From a virus (lineage: Duplodnaviria; Heunggongvirae; Uroviricota; Caudoviricetes), in IMG/VR virus record IMGVR_UViG_2585427777_000028, positions 1-19,959 of that record: a DNA stretch of 19,959 nucleotides, one strand, 5' to 3'. The notes beneath the pieces were generated by a model. The model worked only from the letters and a program-made list of their open reading frames with translations. It had not been told where the DNA came from and ran no database searches. The translations under genes were made by a program, and so were the position numbers. Positions 9,998 through 16,955 of the stretch are shown in pieces (position 1 is the stretch's first letter; every line of letters begins with the position of its first letter).

Positions 9998-10230
9998 TGC
10001 TGACCAAGCGTTGGTGCGATTGTTGCTAACTGATTACCGGTTGCAGTGGAACCCAATCCACCTGTTGCTTCCGCTGCCGCCAGACTCTGATAGCGAGCCT
10101 GACCAGCAAGATCTTTGTACTGCTGAGAGTTGTAATACTGGTTAAGTGCCTGACCTTGCCCTTCCAGAGACGATAAGTTCTCGAGGCTGCCGACATACTT
10201 ATCAGCCAGAGGAGTATTCGATCTGTTTTC
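9958..10230 (-). pseudogene. 5'-truncated gene fragment (C-terminal ~90 codons of a virion gene) abutting the O remnant
   Basis: A - strand frame with no start codon reads ...[83 protein letters not shown]. It begins exactly where homology to O ends. Confidence 0.35.
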
Positions 10231-10424
10231 TTATTGAAGCCATATGTTTTCCGGACATAGGCCAGCATAACTTTCAACTGGCGAGCGGTTAAATCGGCAC
10301 TTGCGATAGCTTCCAGCAGCTCGTTAGCGAATCTGGTGTAACCATCATCGATATCAGCCACTCTTAGCTCCTGTTCGGCAAAGTTACCTCTGCCGAAGTT
10401 GAGTATTTTTGCTGTATTTGTCAT
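10026..10424 (-). pseudogene. O: truncated replication initiator O (N-terminal ~70 codons only)
   Basis: MTNTAKILNFGRGNFAEQELRVADIDDGYTRFANELLEAIASADLTARQLKVMLAYVRKTYGFNKKTDRI closely matches my recollection of the lambda O N-terminus. After about codon 70 the frame reads unrelated sequence to a stop. Confidence 0.7.
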
Positions 10425-10458
10425 AATGACCCCTGTGGATTGATCCAGTCTTTCTACA

Positions 10459-10737
10459 TCAGGCCTCGAAGAATTCGCCGTTCTTCGGGGCTTTTTCTTT
10501 TGTCAGCATTCTGGCTACTTTCTTAGCCAGTTCCGCCAACTCCTCGTCTTCAACACCCCATTCAAGAACAGCCAGAAGCATTCCCATTTTTGGGATGAAG
10601 CTGTCTTTCCATCGCGAAATTTGCGATTCATTAATCCCTAACGCGTCAGCAACCTTTCGCTGACCACGTACAGCAATTCGATTCAGGATGTTGCTTGTAA
10701 TTGCATTCGCTTTCTTGCGAGTACTTGTAAGTTGCAT
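10459..10737 (-). CDS. cII: CII-like transcriptional activator
   Basis: ILNRIAVRGQRKVADALGINESQISRWKDSFIPKMGMLLAVLEWGVEDEELAELAKKVARML resembles lambda CII (...SQISRWKRDWIPKFSMLLAVLEWGV...). Start taken at the ATG preceded by AAGGAAA; the longer track ORF would run through the nut site. Confidence 0.85.
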   Translation of the reverse strand: MQLTSTRKKANAITSNILNRIAVRGQRKVADALGINESQISRWKDSFIPKMGMLLAVLEWGVEDEELAELAKKVARMLTKEKAPKNGEFFEA

Positions 10738-10794
10738 ATGTAAGTATTTCCTTAACAAATAAGAAGTTATGCGCATCAACTTATGCGCGTTGTA

Positions 10795-10839
10795 TTCCCG
10801 CATTTCGGCGGGAATGAGGACCATGACTGTTAAAGAGCG
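10795..10839 (-). promoter_or_regulatory. nutR-like site (boxA + boxB) between cro and cII
   Basis: On the - strand: CGCTCTTTAACAG (boxA-like, rrn-type), a 12-nt spacer, then the hairpin TTCCCGC-CGAAAT-GCGGGAA. Confidence 0.55.
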
Positions 10840-10846
10840 GTGTTAC

Positions 10847-11074
10847 TTATGCTGCCAGAAGGTTCTTTTTGCTTATTTCAAGCATTTCGCTTGCTTGATA
10901 TTTGCCACCAGAAATCTCTTCGATTTTTGATGCGTATTTCGTTTTCCCAAAAAACTCAGTCTTAGGGAGGAAGCCGTTTTTGAGCCACTTATAGACAGCC
11001 CTTTCACTAACTCCACAAGCCTTCGCAACTTCAGGGATGCCGACACCTTTAATCGGCTCATCAAGATTTTGCAT
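10847..11074 (-). CDS. cro: Cro-like helix-turn-helix repressor
   Basis: 75 aa with HTH GIPEVAKACGVSERAVYKWLKNG. Divergent from cI, followed by nutR and cII. RBS AAGGA. Confidence 0.7.
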   Translation of the reverse strand: MQNLDEPIKGVGIPEVAKACGVSERAVYKWLKNGFLPKTEFFGKTKYASKIEEISGGKYQASEMLEISKKNLLAA

Positions 11075-11089
11075 AGGAATATCCTTTTT

Positions 11090-11152
11090 CGTACTTTCAG
11101 TACGTATTATGGTTGAACTGAAAGTTTTTGCAAGTGCTTTAGTATCGTACTC
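11090..11152. promoter_or_regulatory. cI-cro intergenic operator/promoter region (PR on the - strand; three dyad-symmetric elements)
   Basis: Dyads GTACTttcAGTAC (about 11091-11103), AACTgaaAGTT (about 11116-11126) and AGTAtcgTACT (about 11141-11151), centres roughly 24-25 bp apart. On the - strand TTGCAA, 17 nt, ATAATA fits a PR driving cro. Confidence 0.4.
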
Positions 11153-11860
11153 ATGGTTCAGAATGAAAAAGTGCGCAAAGAATTCGCCCAGCGGCTAGCG
11201 CAAGCCTGTAAAGAAGCTGGTCTTGATGAACATGGTAGGGGGATGGCCATAGCCCGTGCCCTTTCTCTTTCGTCCAAAGGCGTTAGCAAATGGTTTAATG
11301 CTGAGTCTTTACCGCGTCAGGAAAAAATGAATGCGCTTGCGAAATTTCTAAACGTTGATGTTGTTTGGCTTCAGCACGGCACTTCGTTAAATGGAGCGAA
11401 TGATGAAGATACTCTTTCATTTGTTGGCAAATTAAAAAAAGGGTTAGTGCGCGTGGTTGGTGAGGCAATTCTTGGTGTTGATGGTGCCATCGAGATGACC
11501 GAAGAGCGCGATGGGTGGCTCAAAATTTATAGCGATGATCCAGATGCCTTTGGCCTTCGTGTGAAAGGAGACAGCATGTGGCCCAGAATAAAATCAGGAG
11601 AATATGTACTCATTGAGCCTAACACCAAAGTATTCCCGGGTGATGAGGTGTTTGTCAGAACCGTTGAAGGACACAACATGATCAAAGTTCTTGGCTATGA
11701 CAGAGACGGAGAATACCAATTTACAAGCATCAACCAGGACCACAGGCCAATAACGTTGCCTTATCATCAAGTAGCAAAGGTGGAGTATGTGGCTGGTATT
11801 CTGAAGCAATCTCGCCATCTGGATGACATCGAGGCAAGGGAGTGGCTGAAAAGTTCGTGA
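11153..11860 (+). CDS. cI: CI-type prophage repressor (N-terminal HTH, C-terminal S24 LexA-like peptidase domain)
   Basis: C-terminal region contains GDSMWP (S24 catalytic serine motif). N-terminal HTH-like region. Divergent from cro. Confidence 0.85.
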   Translation: MVQNEKVRKEFAQRLAQACKEAGLDEHGRGMAIARALSLSSKGVSKWFNAESLPRQEKMNALAKFLNVDVVWLQHGTSLNGANDEDTLSFVGKLKKGLVRVVGEAILGVDGAIEMTEERDGWLKIYSDDPDAFGLRVKGDSMWPRIKSGEYVLIEPNTKVFPGDEVFVRTVEGHNMIKVLGYDRDGEYQFTSINQDHRPITLPYHQVAKVEYVAGILKQSRHLDDIEAREWLKSS

Positions 11861-11996
11861 CTTCATCGTCACATAGCTGGTAACCAGTGGCCTGAAGAGA
11901 CGTTTGGGTGATGTACATAGCATTTCTGGATAAAAATACAGATTCCCTTTATGGGAAATGAATCTATAATTCCCAAAGAGGGAACAAAATCGGATT

Positions 11997-12284
11997 ATGA
12001 AGGTCTTAAACGTAGAGAAGCTTCACAGTTTTAGCCGGAAGCACAATCAGGCCAAGGGGGCTTTAGACTCTTGGTATGATGAAGTGATAAGAGAAAACTG
12101 GAAAACGACTCAAGACATACGGAATAGATTTAATTCTGCCGACTTCCTTCCTAACAACAGGGTAATTTTTAATATAAAAGGCAATAACTATCGGCTCGTT
12201 GTCCAAGTTGTTTACCAGGCAGGAATGGTCATAGTTGAAAGAGTTGGAACTCATGCAGAGTACGACAAGTGGAGGCTTAAATGA
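11997..12284 (+). CDS. higB: HigB-family toxin (RelE-fold mRNA interferase)
   Basis: NRVIFNIKGNNYRLVVQVVYQAGMVIVERVGTHAEYD parallels E. coli HigB/YgjN (HYVFNVGGNELRVVAMVFFESQKCYIREVMTHKEYD). The toxin is encoded first, as in higBA. Confidence 0.8.
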   Translation: MKVLNVEKLHSFSRKHNQAKGALDSWYDEVIRENWKTTQDIRNRFNSADFLPNNRVIFNIKGNNYRLVVQVVYQAGMVIVERVGTHAEYDKWRLK

Positions 12285-12937
12285 ATCGAACTAGCTGGCG
12301 CATCATTAAAAATAGTGAAGAGCATGCTGCAGCTATGGAAAGGCTCATTGAACTTGCGTCTAGTGATTTACAACCTGGAACTGAAGATTTTGATGAGTTT
12401 GAACTACTAGGCTTGCTTATCGAGCACTATGAGTCACGCGAGTTCCCTATGGACAAGCCAGATCCCATAGAAGCAATCAAGTTCCGTATGGATCAACAAG
12501 GCCTCTCTTATGCCGATATGAAACAATACATTGGCTCAGCATCTAAAGTATCTGAGGTCTTAAATCGTAAGCGTCCATTAAGTCTTTCAATGATCCGTAG
12601 ACTACATGACGGACTTGGAATTCCTGCAGATATCTTAATTCAAGATATGAGCGCAATTGAATGGAGCCTAGTTGACGCAGAGGAAGAAGAAACAGCCATG
12701 ACTAGCGTCATTGCTCGGTGTGAGTCAGCCGTCACATCACCTTCTGCTTATTTCGCTGAAAAGGCTACAGAATCTTACTTTTCAAAAATGTTGTTCAGCG
12801 CAGTAAGGGGTAATGGCAAATGCAAAGAAAAACGGAATGTTTTTTCTTTGATAAGTAACTTGTCATCAAGTTTCACAGCGGCTAGCAACCTGAATGACGA
12901 AATGACTTCTGACGGAAATTACTTATTATTACCATGA
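12281..12937 (+). CDS. higA: HigA-like antitoxin (HTH) with a ~90 aa C-terminal extension, candidate chaperone-addiction region
   Basis: HTH segment LSYADMKQYIGSASKVSEVLNRKRPLSLSMIRRLHDGLGIPADILI is typical of HigA. Start overlaps the higB stop. At 218 aa it is much longer than usual HigA; the tail is Ser-rich and low-complexity. Confidence 0.75.
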   Translation: MNRTSWRIIKNSEEHAAAMERLIELASSDLQPGTEDFDEFELLGLLIEHYESREFPMDKPDPIEAIKFRMDQQGLSYADMKQYIGSASKVSEVLNRKRPLSLSMIRRLHDGLGIPADILIQDMSAIEWSLVDAEEEETAMTSVIARCESAVTSPSAYFAEKATESYFSKMLFSAVRGNGKCKEKRNVFSLISNLSSSFTAASNLNDEMTSDGNYLLLP

Positions 12938-13338
12938 AAATTGAACTCATTAGCAAAAAAGTTGAACGCTTGGTTATGACACGGCTAGAAGGCGATTCAA
13001 CAGCAAAAAAAGCCATAAAAACAACCGTTAATCTAAATAATGAACTCTACACTAATGTGAAGGATTCAAAGCTATTTAGAGTGAGATATTTTGCCTCCGT
13101 AACTATTGAAGGCAGGCTTGAGATGGACATCACATACGACTTTGACTTCCGGTCAGAAGATGATTTTTCTCATGAAATGGCAAAATCATATGAGGTAAGG
13201 TCCATTGCTCCCAATATGGCATATCCCTATATAAAAACATATGCCGAGCAAATTATCCTCATGTCAAACCTTGGTAGGTTCACTCTGCCTTATTTTGATT
13301 TCTTGGCCAATCCCATGGAAACGAACAGTAATAAGTGA
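12934..13338 (+). CDS. SecB-like chaperone, proposed third component of a TAC module
   Basis: APNMAYPYIKTYAEQIILMSNLGRFTLPYFDFLAN parallels the E. coli SecB segment [36 protein letters not shown] (shared PN..(F/Y)PY.(R/K) and hydrophobic pattern). Start overlaps the higA stop (ATGA). Confidence 0.55.
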   Translation: MKIELISKKVERLVMTRLEGDSTAKKAIKTTVNLNNELYTNVKDSKLFRVRYFASVTIEGRLEMDITYDFDFRSEDDFSHEMAKSYEVRSIAPNMAYPYIKTYAEQIILMSNLGRFTLPYFDFLANPMETNSNK

Positions 13339-13344
13339 AATTCC

Positions 13345-13373
13345 CCCCCCGGCCTCAGCGCCGGGTTTTCTTT
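13345..13373 (+). terminator. rho-independent terminator ending the cI-higB-higA-chaperone transcript
   Basis: CCCGGC-CTCAGC-GCCGGG hairpin followed by TTTTCTTT, directly after the chaperone stop. Confidence 0.55.
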
Positions 13374-13548
13374 GCCTCACGATCCCCACACCTAAAAACA
13401 CATAACCAATTGTATTTGTTGATGTAACTTGCTAAACCATGCAGTTCTGATCCCTGCCGCATAACCTTCATCAGCCACATTTTCAAAAATAAATTTCCTT
13501 ATATATCAGAATCATACTTCGTATAGTTAATAAATCACCAAAATTCGT

Positions 13549-13588
13549 ACCAATAGTTCTTGATAATGTCGAACTATTGGTTCATTAT
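13549..13588 (+). promoter_or_regulatory. candidate PL/OL region
   Basis: ACCAATAGTT and its reverse complement AACTATTGGT flank TTGATA, 17 nt, CATTAT. The arms resemble the AACTnnnAGTT dyad in the cI-cro region. Confidence 0.3.
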
Positions 13589-13634
13589 TGTCGCATCAGC
13601 AGGACGCTGGTAGCCAAACGGAACAGATTGGCAG

Positions 13635-13676
13635 GCTCTTTAACATTGATGGGATTGTCCCGCCGAAATGCGGGAA
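13635..13676 (+). promoter_or_regulatory. nutL-like site (boxA + boxB)
   Basis: GCTCTTTAACA (boxA-like), a 12-nt spacer, then hairpin TCCCGC-CGAAAT-GCGGGA. This is 19 of 20 identical to the nutR hairpin on the other strand. Confidence 0.55.
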
Positions 13677-13782
13677 CCAAAGAGTAGTTGGCTTTGGGGT
13701 GACGTGAAGTGCAGCTGCACGACGGCAACCGGAAGATAAGCACCCGGCGCGTCACCGCCAAAGTCAATCATCGGAGGTCAAC

Positions 13783-14082
13783 ATGACAGTAGTCATTACA
13801 TATCTTGCTGACGATAACGCCAGAAATCGCCGCAGAGCACGCAGACAGGCTCAACGTGAACAGGCAATGCAAGAGCAGCGACTGGCGCGAAAAATTGCGC
13901 TAAAGCTCTCTGGTTGCGTCAGAGCAGACAAAGCAGCATCACTAGGAAGCCTTCGCTGCAAGAAGGCAGAAGAAGTTGAGCGTAAACAGAACCGTATTTA
14001 CTACCGCAAGCCACGCAGTGAAATGGGTGTGACTTGTGTTGGTCGCCAGAAAATGAAATTAGGCAGCAAACCACTTATTTGA
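13783..14082 (+). CDS. N: N-like transcription antiterminator
   Basis: Arginine-rich motif near the N-terminus (DNARNRRRARRQAQREQ). First gene downstream of nutL, transcribed away from cI. RBS GGAGG. Confidence 0.6.
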   Translation: MTVVITYLADDNARNRRRARRQAQREQAMQEQRLARKIALKLSGCVRADKAASLGSLRCKKAEEVERKQNRIYYRKPRSEMGVTCVGRQKMKLGSKPLI

Positions 14083-14090
14083 GGTGAGAT

Positions 14091-14561
14091 ATGACAAAAT
14101 CATGGAGCGTACCTTTTCCTGAATCAGAAACTGAACATGATGGAATGCCTGTTTTCTGGAGATTCCAGGCGACAGTTGAAGAAGATGGGATAAAAATATT
14201 CGCACTTCAATATATAGCTTTTCATCAGACAGAGCATTATGCATGGTTGGTTCCTGCGCATTGGATTGTTAATTTTAAACCAGCACCAAATCAGTGGTTA
14301 CAGGAATGGAAACAAAGGAGAAATAGATATGCAATTAAGAAAGTAGCAAAAAATGCAGAAAGATCTTTTGCATTCCCAACGAAGAAACTTGCCATTGAGA
14401 GTTTATTGCGCCGGAAGAAATACCATTTAATGAGAATCAAACAAGATTTGGCTGTTGTATCAACTCTTGTTGATGGGATGAAGAATATTGATACATCAAC
14501 ACCAGATATTGAATATAACTTTGGGCACAACCAAGAAACAGAAAATTGGGTATTTTATTAG
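14091..14561 (+). CDS. hypothetical protein, first gene after N in the leftward early operon
   Basis: 156 aa with RBS GAGGTGAG. No family recognised. Confidence 0.5.
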   Translation: MTKSWSVPFPESETEHDGMPVFWRFQATVEEDGIKIFALQYIAFHQTEHYAWLVPAHWIVNFKPAPNQWLQEWKQRRNRYAIKKVAKNAERSFAFPTKKLAIESLLRRKKYHLMRIKQDLAVVSTLVDGMKNIDTSTPDIEYNFGHNQETENWVFY

Positions 14562-14665
14562 TACGAGTAAGCACTGTGTATTCATTCCAACGAGTGAATA
14601 CACGGAGCAATGTCGCTCGTAACTAAACAGGAGCCGACTTGTTCTGATTATTGGAAATCTTCTTT

Positions 14666-14690
14666 GCCCTCCAGTGTGAGGGCCTTTTTA
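14666..14690 (+). terminator. rho-independent terminator (tL-like) upstream of cIII
   Basis: GCCCTC-CAGTGT-GAGGGC followed by CTTTTTAT. Preceded at about 14574-14605 by a separate 9-bp-stem hairpin (GTGTATTCA ... TGAATACAC). Confidence 0.5.
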
Positions 14691-14752
14691 TATGCATAAC
14701 AATAACGCTTCACTCGAGGCGTTTTTCGTTATGTATAAATAAGGAGCACACC

Positions 14753-14893
14753 ATGCAATATGCCATTGCAGGGTGGCCTGTTGCTGGCTGCCCTTCCGAA
14801 TCTTTACTTGAACGAATCACCCGTAAATTACGTGACGGATGGAAACGACTCATCGACGTACTTAATCAGCCAGGAGTTCCCAAAAATGGATAA
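14753..14893 (+). CDS. cIII: CIII-like protein (protects CII from FtsH)
   Basis: MQYAIAGWPVAGCPSESLLERITRKLRDGWKRLIDVLNQPGVPKNG is near-identical to my recollection of lambda CIII, but shorter at the C-terminus. RBS AAGGAG. Confidence 0.8.
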   Translation: MQYAIAGWPVAGCPSESLLERITRKLRDGWKRLIDVLNQPGVPKNG

Positions 14894-14999
14894 AACACTT
14901 ATGGCTATCCAGACTAAATTCACTATCGCCGCTTTTATTGGCGATGAAAAGATGTTTCGTGAGGCCGTCGAAGCCTACAGAAAATGGAGGTCAAAATGA
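14886..14999 (+). CDS. kil: Kil-like protein (host cell-division inhibitor)
   Basis: MDKTLMAIQTKFTIAAFIGDEKMFREAVEAYRKW matches my recollection of the lambda Kil N-terminus. Overlaps the cIII stop. Confidence 0.65.
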   Translation: MDKTLMAIQTKFTIAAFIGDEKMFREAVEAYRKWRSK

Positions 15000-15184
15000 T
15001 TCCGGTAGAACTGGCGAAAACCACAGAGTTAAGTCGATTAAAAAGAGAATATCACATTGCTGAGGCTCGTTACTGGCGTAAAGCGGGAGATAAATCAAAG
15101 AAACAATTTTGCTTATGGCAGGCACAAAGAGAGCGCATGAATGAGCGCGAATTTCTTTCCGCCCCATCCGAATTACCATTCTGA
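14996..15184 (+). CDS. hypothetical small basic protein
   Basis: 62 aa from the ATG preceded by GGAGG. Overlaps the kil stop (ATGA). Confidence 0.4.
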   Translation: MIPVELAKTTELSRLKREYHIAEARYWRKAGDKSKKQFCLWQAQRERMNEREFLSAPSELPF

Positions 15185-15192
15185 GGTGAATT

Positions 15193-15873
15193 ATGGGAAC
15201 TGCGACATTAATACTCGGTGAGTCTGGCACCGGAAAATCAACCAGCATGAGAAATATCAATCCAGAGGAAGCAATACTTATAAAACCAATAGGCAAGCCG
15301 CTACCATTTAAATCAAAAGACTGGCTTGCATGGGATGCCAGAGCAAAAAAAGGAACCGTAGTTACCACTGACAAATGGGACGTAATAGTTGCTGCAATTA
15401 AGCGTGCTCACGAATACGGAAAAAGAATCGTTATTGTTGATGACTTCCAGTATGTGATGAGCAATGAGTTTATGCGCCGCTCAGAAGAAAAATCGTTTGA
15501 TAAATTTACTGAGATAGGCCGCCACGCATGGGAGGTGATTAAGGCTGCACAGGATGCACCTGATGACCTGAGAGTCTATTTTCTTGCACATACCGAAGAA
15601 ACCCCTATGGGGCGCGTGAAAATGAAAACTATCGGCAAAATGCTGGACGAGAAAATCACTGTCGAAGGCATGTTTACTATAGTTCTTCGCACTCTTACCC
15701 GCGATGACCAGTTCTTTTTCACCACGAAAAACAACGGTGCAGACACTGTCAAATCCCCAATGGGAATGTTTGATTCCAATGAGATTGATAACGATCTCTC
15801 TTTCGTCGATGCCACTGTTTGTGATTACTACGGCATCAATAATGTTCATCAAATTAAGGAAAGCGCCGCATGA
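15193..15873 (+). CDS. Sak4-like RecA-fold ATPase (phage recombination protein)
   Basis: Walker A GESGTGKST and Walker B-like IVIVDD. About 226 aa, sitting where lambdoid phages carry recombination genes. Confidence 0.55.
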   Translation: MGTATLILGESGTGKSTSMRNINPEEAILIKPIGKPLPFKSKDWLAWDARAKKGTVVTTDKWDVIVAAIKRAHEYGKRIVIVDDFQYVMSNEFMRRSEEKSFDKFTEIGRHAWEVIKAAQDAPDDLRVYFLAHTEETPMGRVKMKTIGKMLDEKITVEGMFTIVLRTLTRDDQFFFTTKNNGADTVKSPMGMFDSNEIDNDLSFVDATVCDYYGINNVHQIKESAA

Positions 15874-16457
15874 GCAACGTAATTTTTACTTATAACGAAG
15901 AAGCAGCACTGACCGCAGGGCAAGGTGGTTTTATTAACGAAACTGGCGCTCATATCATTACCATTACTGAAGCAGAACTAAAGCAATCAGAAAAAGGAGC
16001 CAAATTTATTGAGTTTTCTGGCGAATCCGACGACGGACGTAAAATCCAATATCTTAGCGTCTGTGTTCAGAAAAATGACGGAACGGAAAACAAATTTGGC
16101 GCAAATGTCGTTCACGCCATGATGGGGTGTGCCGGGATTGGACAATTAACGCAACATATGGTTTCCGCCAGTAAATTTGTTGCTCCTGAGTTTCATGGAA
16201 AGAAAATCGGGTTAGTGCTCCAGAAAGTATTAACCACAAACAAAAAGACTGGCGCAGACAGCTACCAGATGGAAATACGCATCCCGTTTATTGCACAAAC
16301 AGGTCAAACCCTTAAAGAAAAGGCGGAAGGCAAGCAACCAGAAACTATCGCCAACATGGTTGCCAGCCTCAAAGATAAAGACAATCGCTCTAAAAACGTA
16401 AGCCAGAATCATGCAGATGATTATGGTTACAACCAGAACGATTACCCTCCTTTCTGA
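15870..16457 (+). CDS. hypothetical protein, possible ssDNA-binding partner of the Sak4-like ATPase
   Basis: Translationally coupled to the ATPase gene (ATGA). C-terminal ...DYPPF is reminiscent of the SSB C-terminal tip (DDDIPF). No canonical OB-fold motif recognised. Confidence 0.35.
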   Translation: MSNVIFTYNEEAALTAGQGGFINETGAHIITITEAELKQSEKGAKFIEFSGESDDGRKIQYLSVCVQKNDGTENKFGANVVHAMMGCAGIGQLTQHMVSASKFVAPEFHGKKIGLVLQKVLTTNKKTGADSYQMEIRIPFIAQTGQTLKEKAEGKQPETIANMVASLKDKDNRSKNVSQNHADDYGYNQNDYPPF

Positions 16458-16480
16458 TTATTGAAAATAAGTCTCCCATT

Positions 16481-16777
16481 ATGCCAGCGCCTCTGTATGG
16501 TGCGGATGACCCGCGCAATTGCTCCGGTAGCTCCAAGGCGGAGGTGCTGGAAAATATCAAAAACAATTTCGACGCGTTTCTTGCTCTGACACCAGAAACA
16601 AAAGCAGAACGGATGTACCGACGCGATATACAACTCGCGCTAAAACAGGAGAAGGACCGAACAAACGAAACAGCAATGAGACCGTTGCGAAAAGCGACAA
16701 TAGACAAATTCCCTGAATATATCGACCCGCGCCTGCGTAATTACCGCTCTCGTTATGGCGCTATCAGTAATGACTGA
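16481..16777 (+). CDS. hypothetical protein
   Basis: 98 aa ORF in the same orientation as the early-left operon. Weak RBS; no family recognised. Confidence 0.35.
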   Translation: MPAPLYGADDPRNCSGSSKAEVLENIKNNFDAFLALTPETKAERMYRRDIQLALKQEKDRTNETAMRPLRKATIDKFPEYIDPRLRNYRSRYGAISND

Positions 16778-16787
16778 GGAATTTACC

Positions 16788-16955
16788 ATGAGAGGACTTG
16801 CATACAATCCCGGCATTCTTCCGGCAGAAATGATTATTCGCCAACGCGTAAAGCCAATGCCATCGAGAGAGGAATTGCTTAAGAGAAATTCTTTTCCGTC
16901 AGTGAATCAAAACAAATATCTGAATGCGATGTGGCGCAAAGGAGGCAACCAGTGA
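16788..16955 (+). CDS. hypothetical small protein
   Basis: About 55 aa from the ATG preceded by GAGGA. Its stop overlaps the next gene's GTG start. Confidence 0.3.
   Translation: MRGLAYNPGILPAEMIIRQRVKPMPSREELLKRNSFPSVNQNKYLNAMWRKGGNQ

Noticed and set aside
10738-10824. Longer CII start at 10824.
   Set aside because: That reading would translate through the nutR boxB hairpin. The internal ATG with an AAGGAAA RBS gives a lambda-CII-sized protein.
10873-11064. - strand ORF 10873..11064 overlapping cro in another frame.
   Set aside because: Alternative frame of the cro region with Ser/Leu/Arg-rich translation; cro itself has a clear HTH.
11594-11923. - strand ORFs antisense to the 3' end of cI.
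   Set aside because: Antisense to the S24 peptidase domain of cI; no RBS or family signal.
13585-13767. - strand ORF across the nutL / N leader region.
   Set aside because: It overlaps the boxA/boxB elements and N leader on the opposite strand; Arg/Leu-rich translation typical of a GC-rich non-coding frame.
15481-15852. - strand ORFs antisense to the Sak4-like gene.
   Set aside because: Antisense to a gene with clear Walker motifs.
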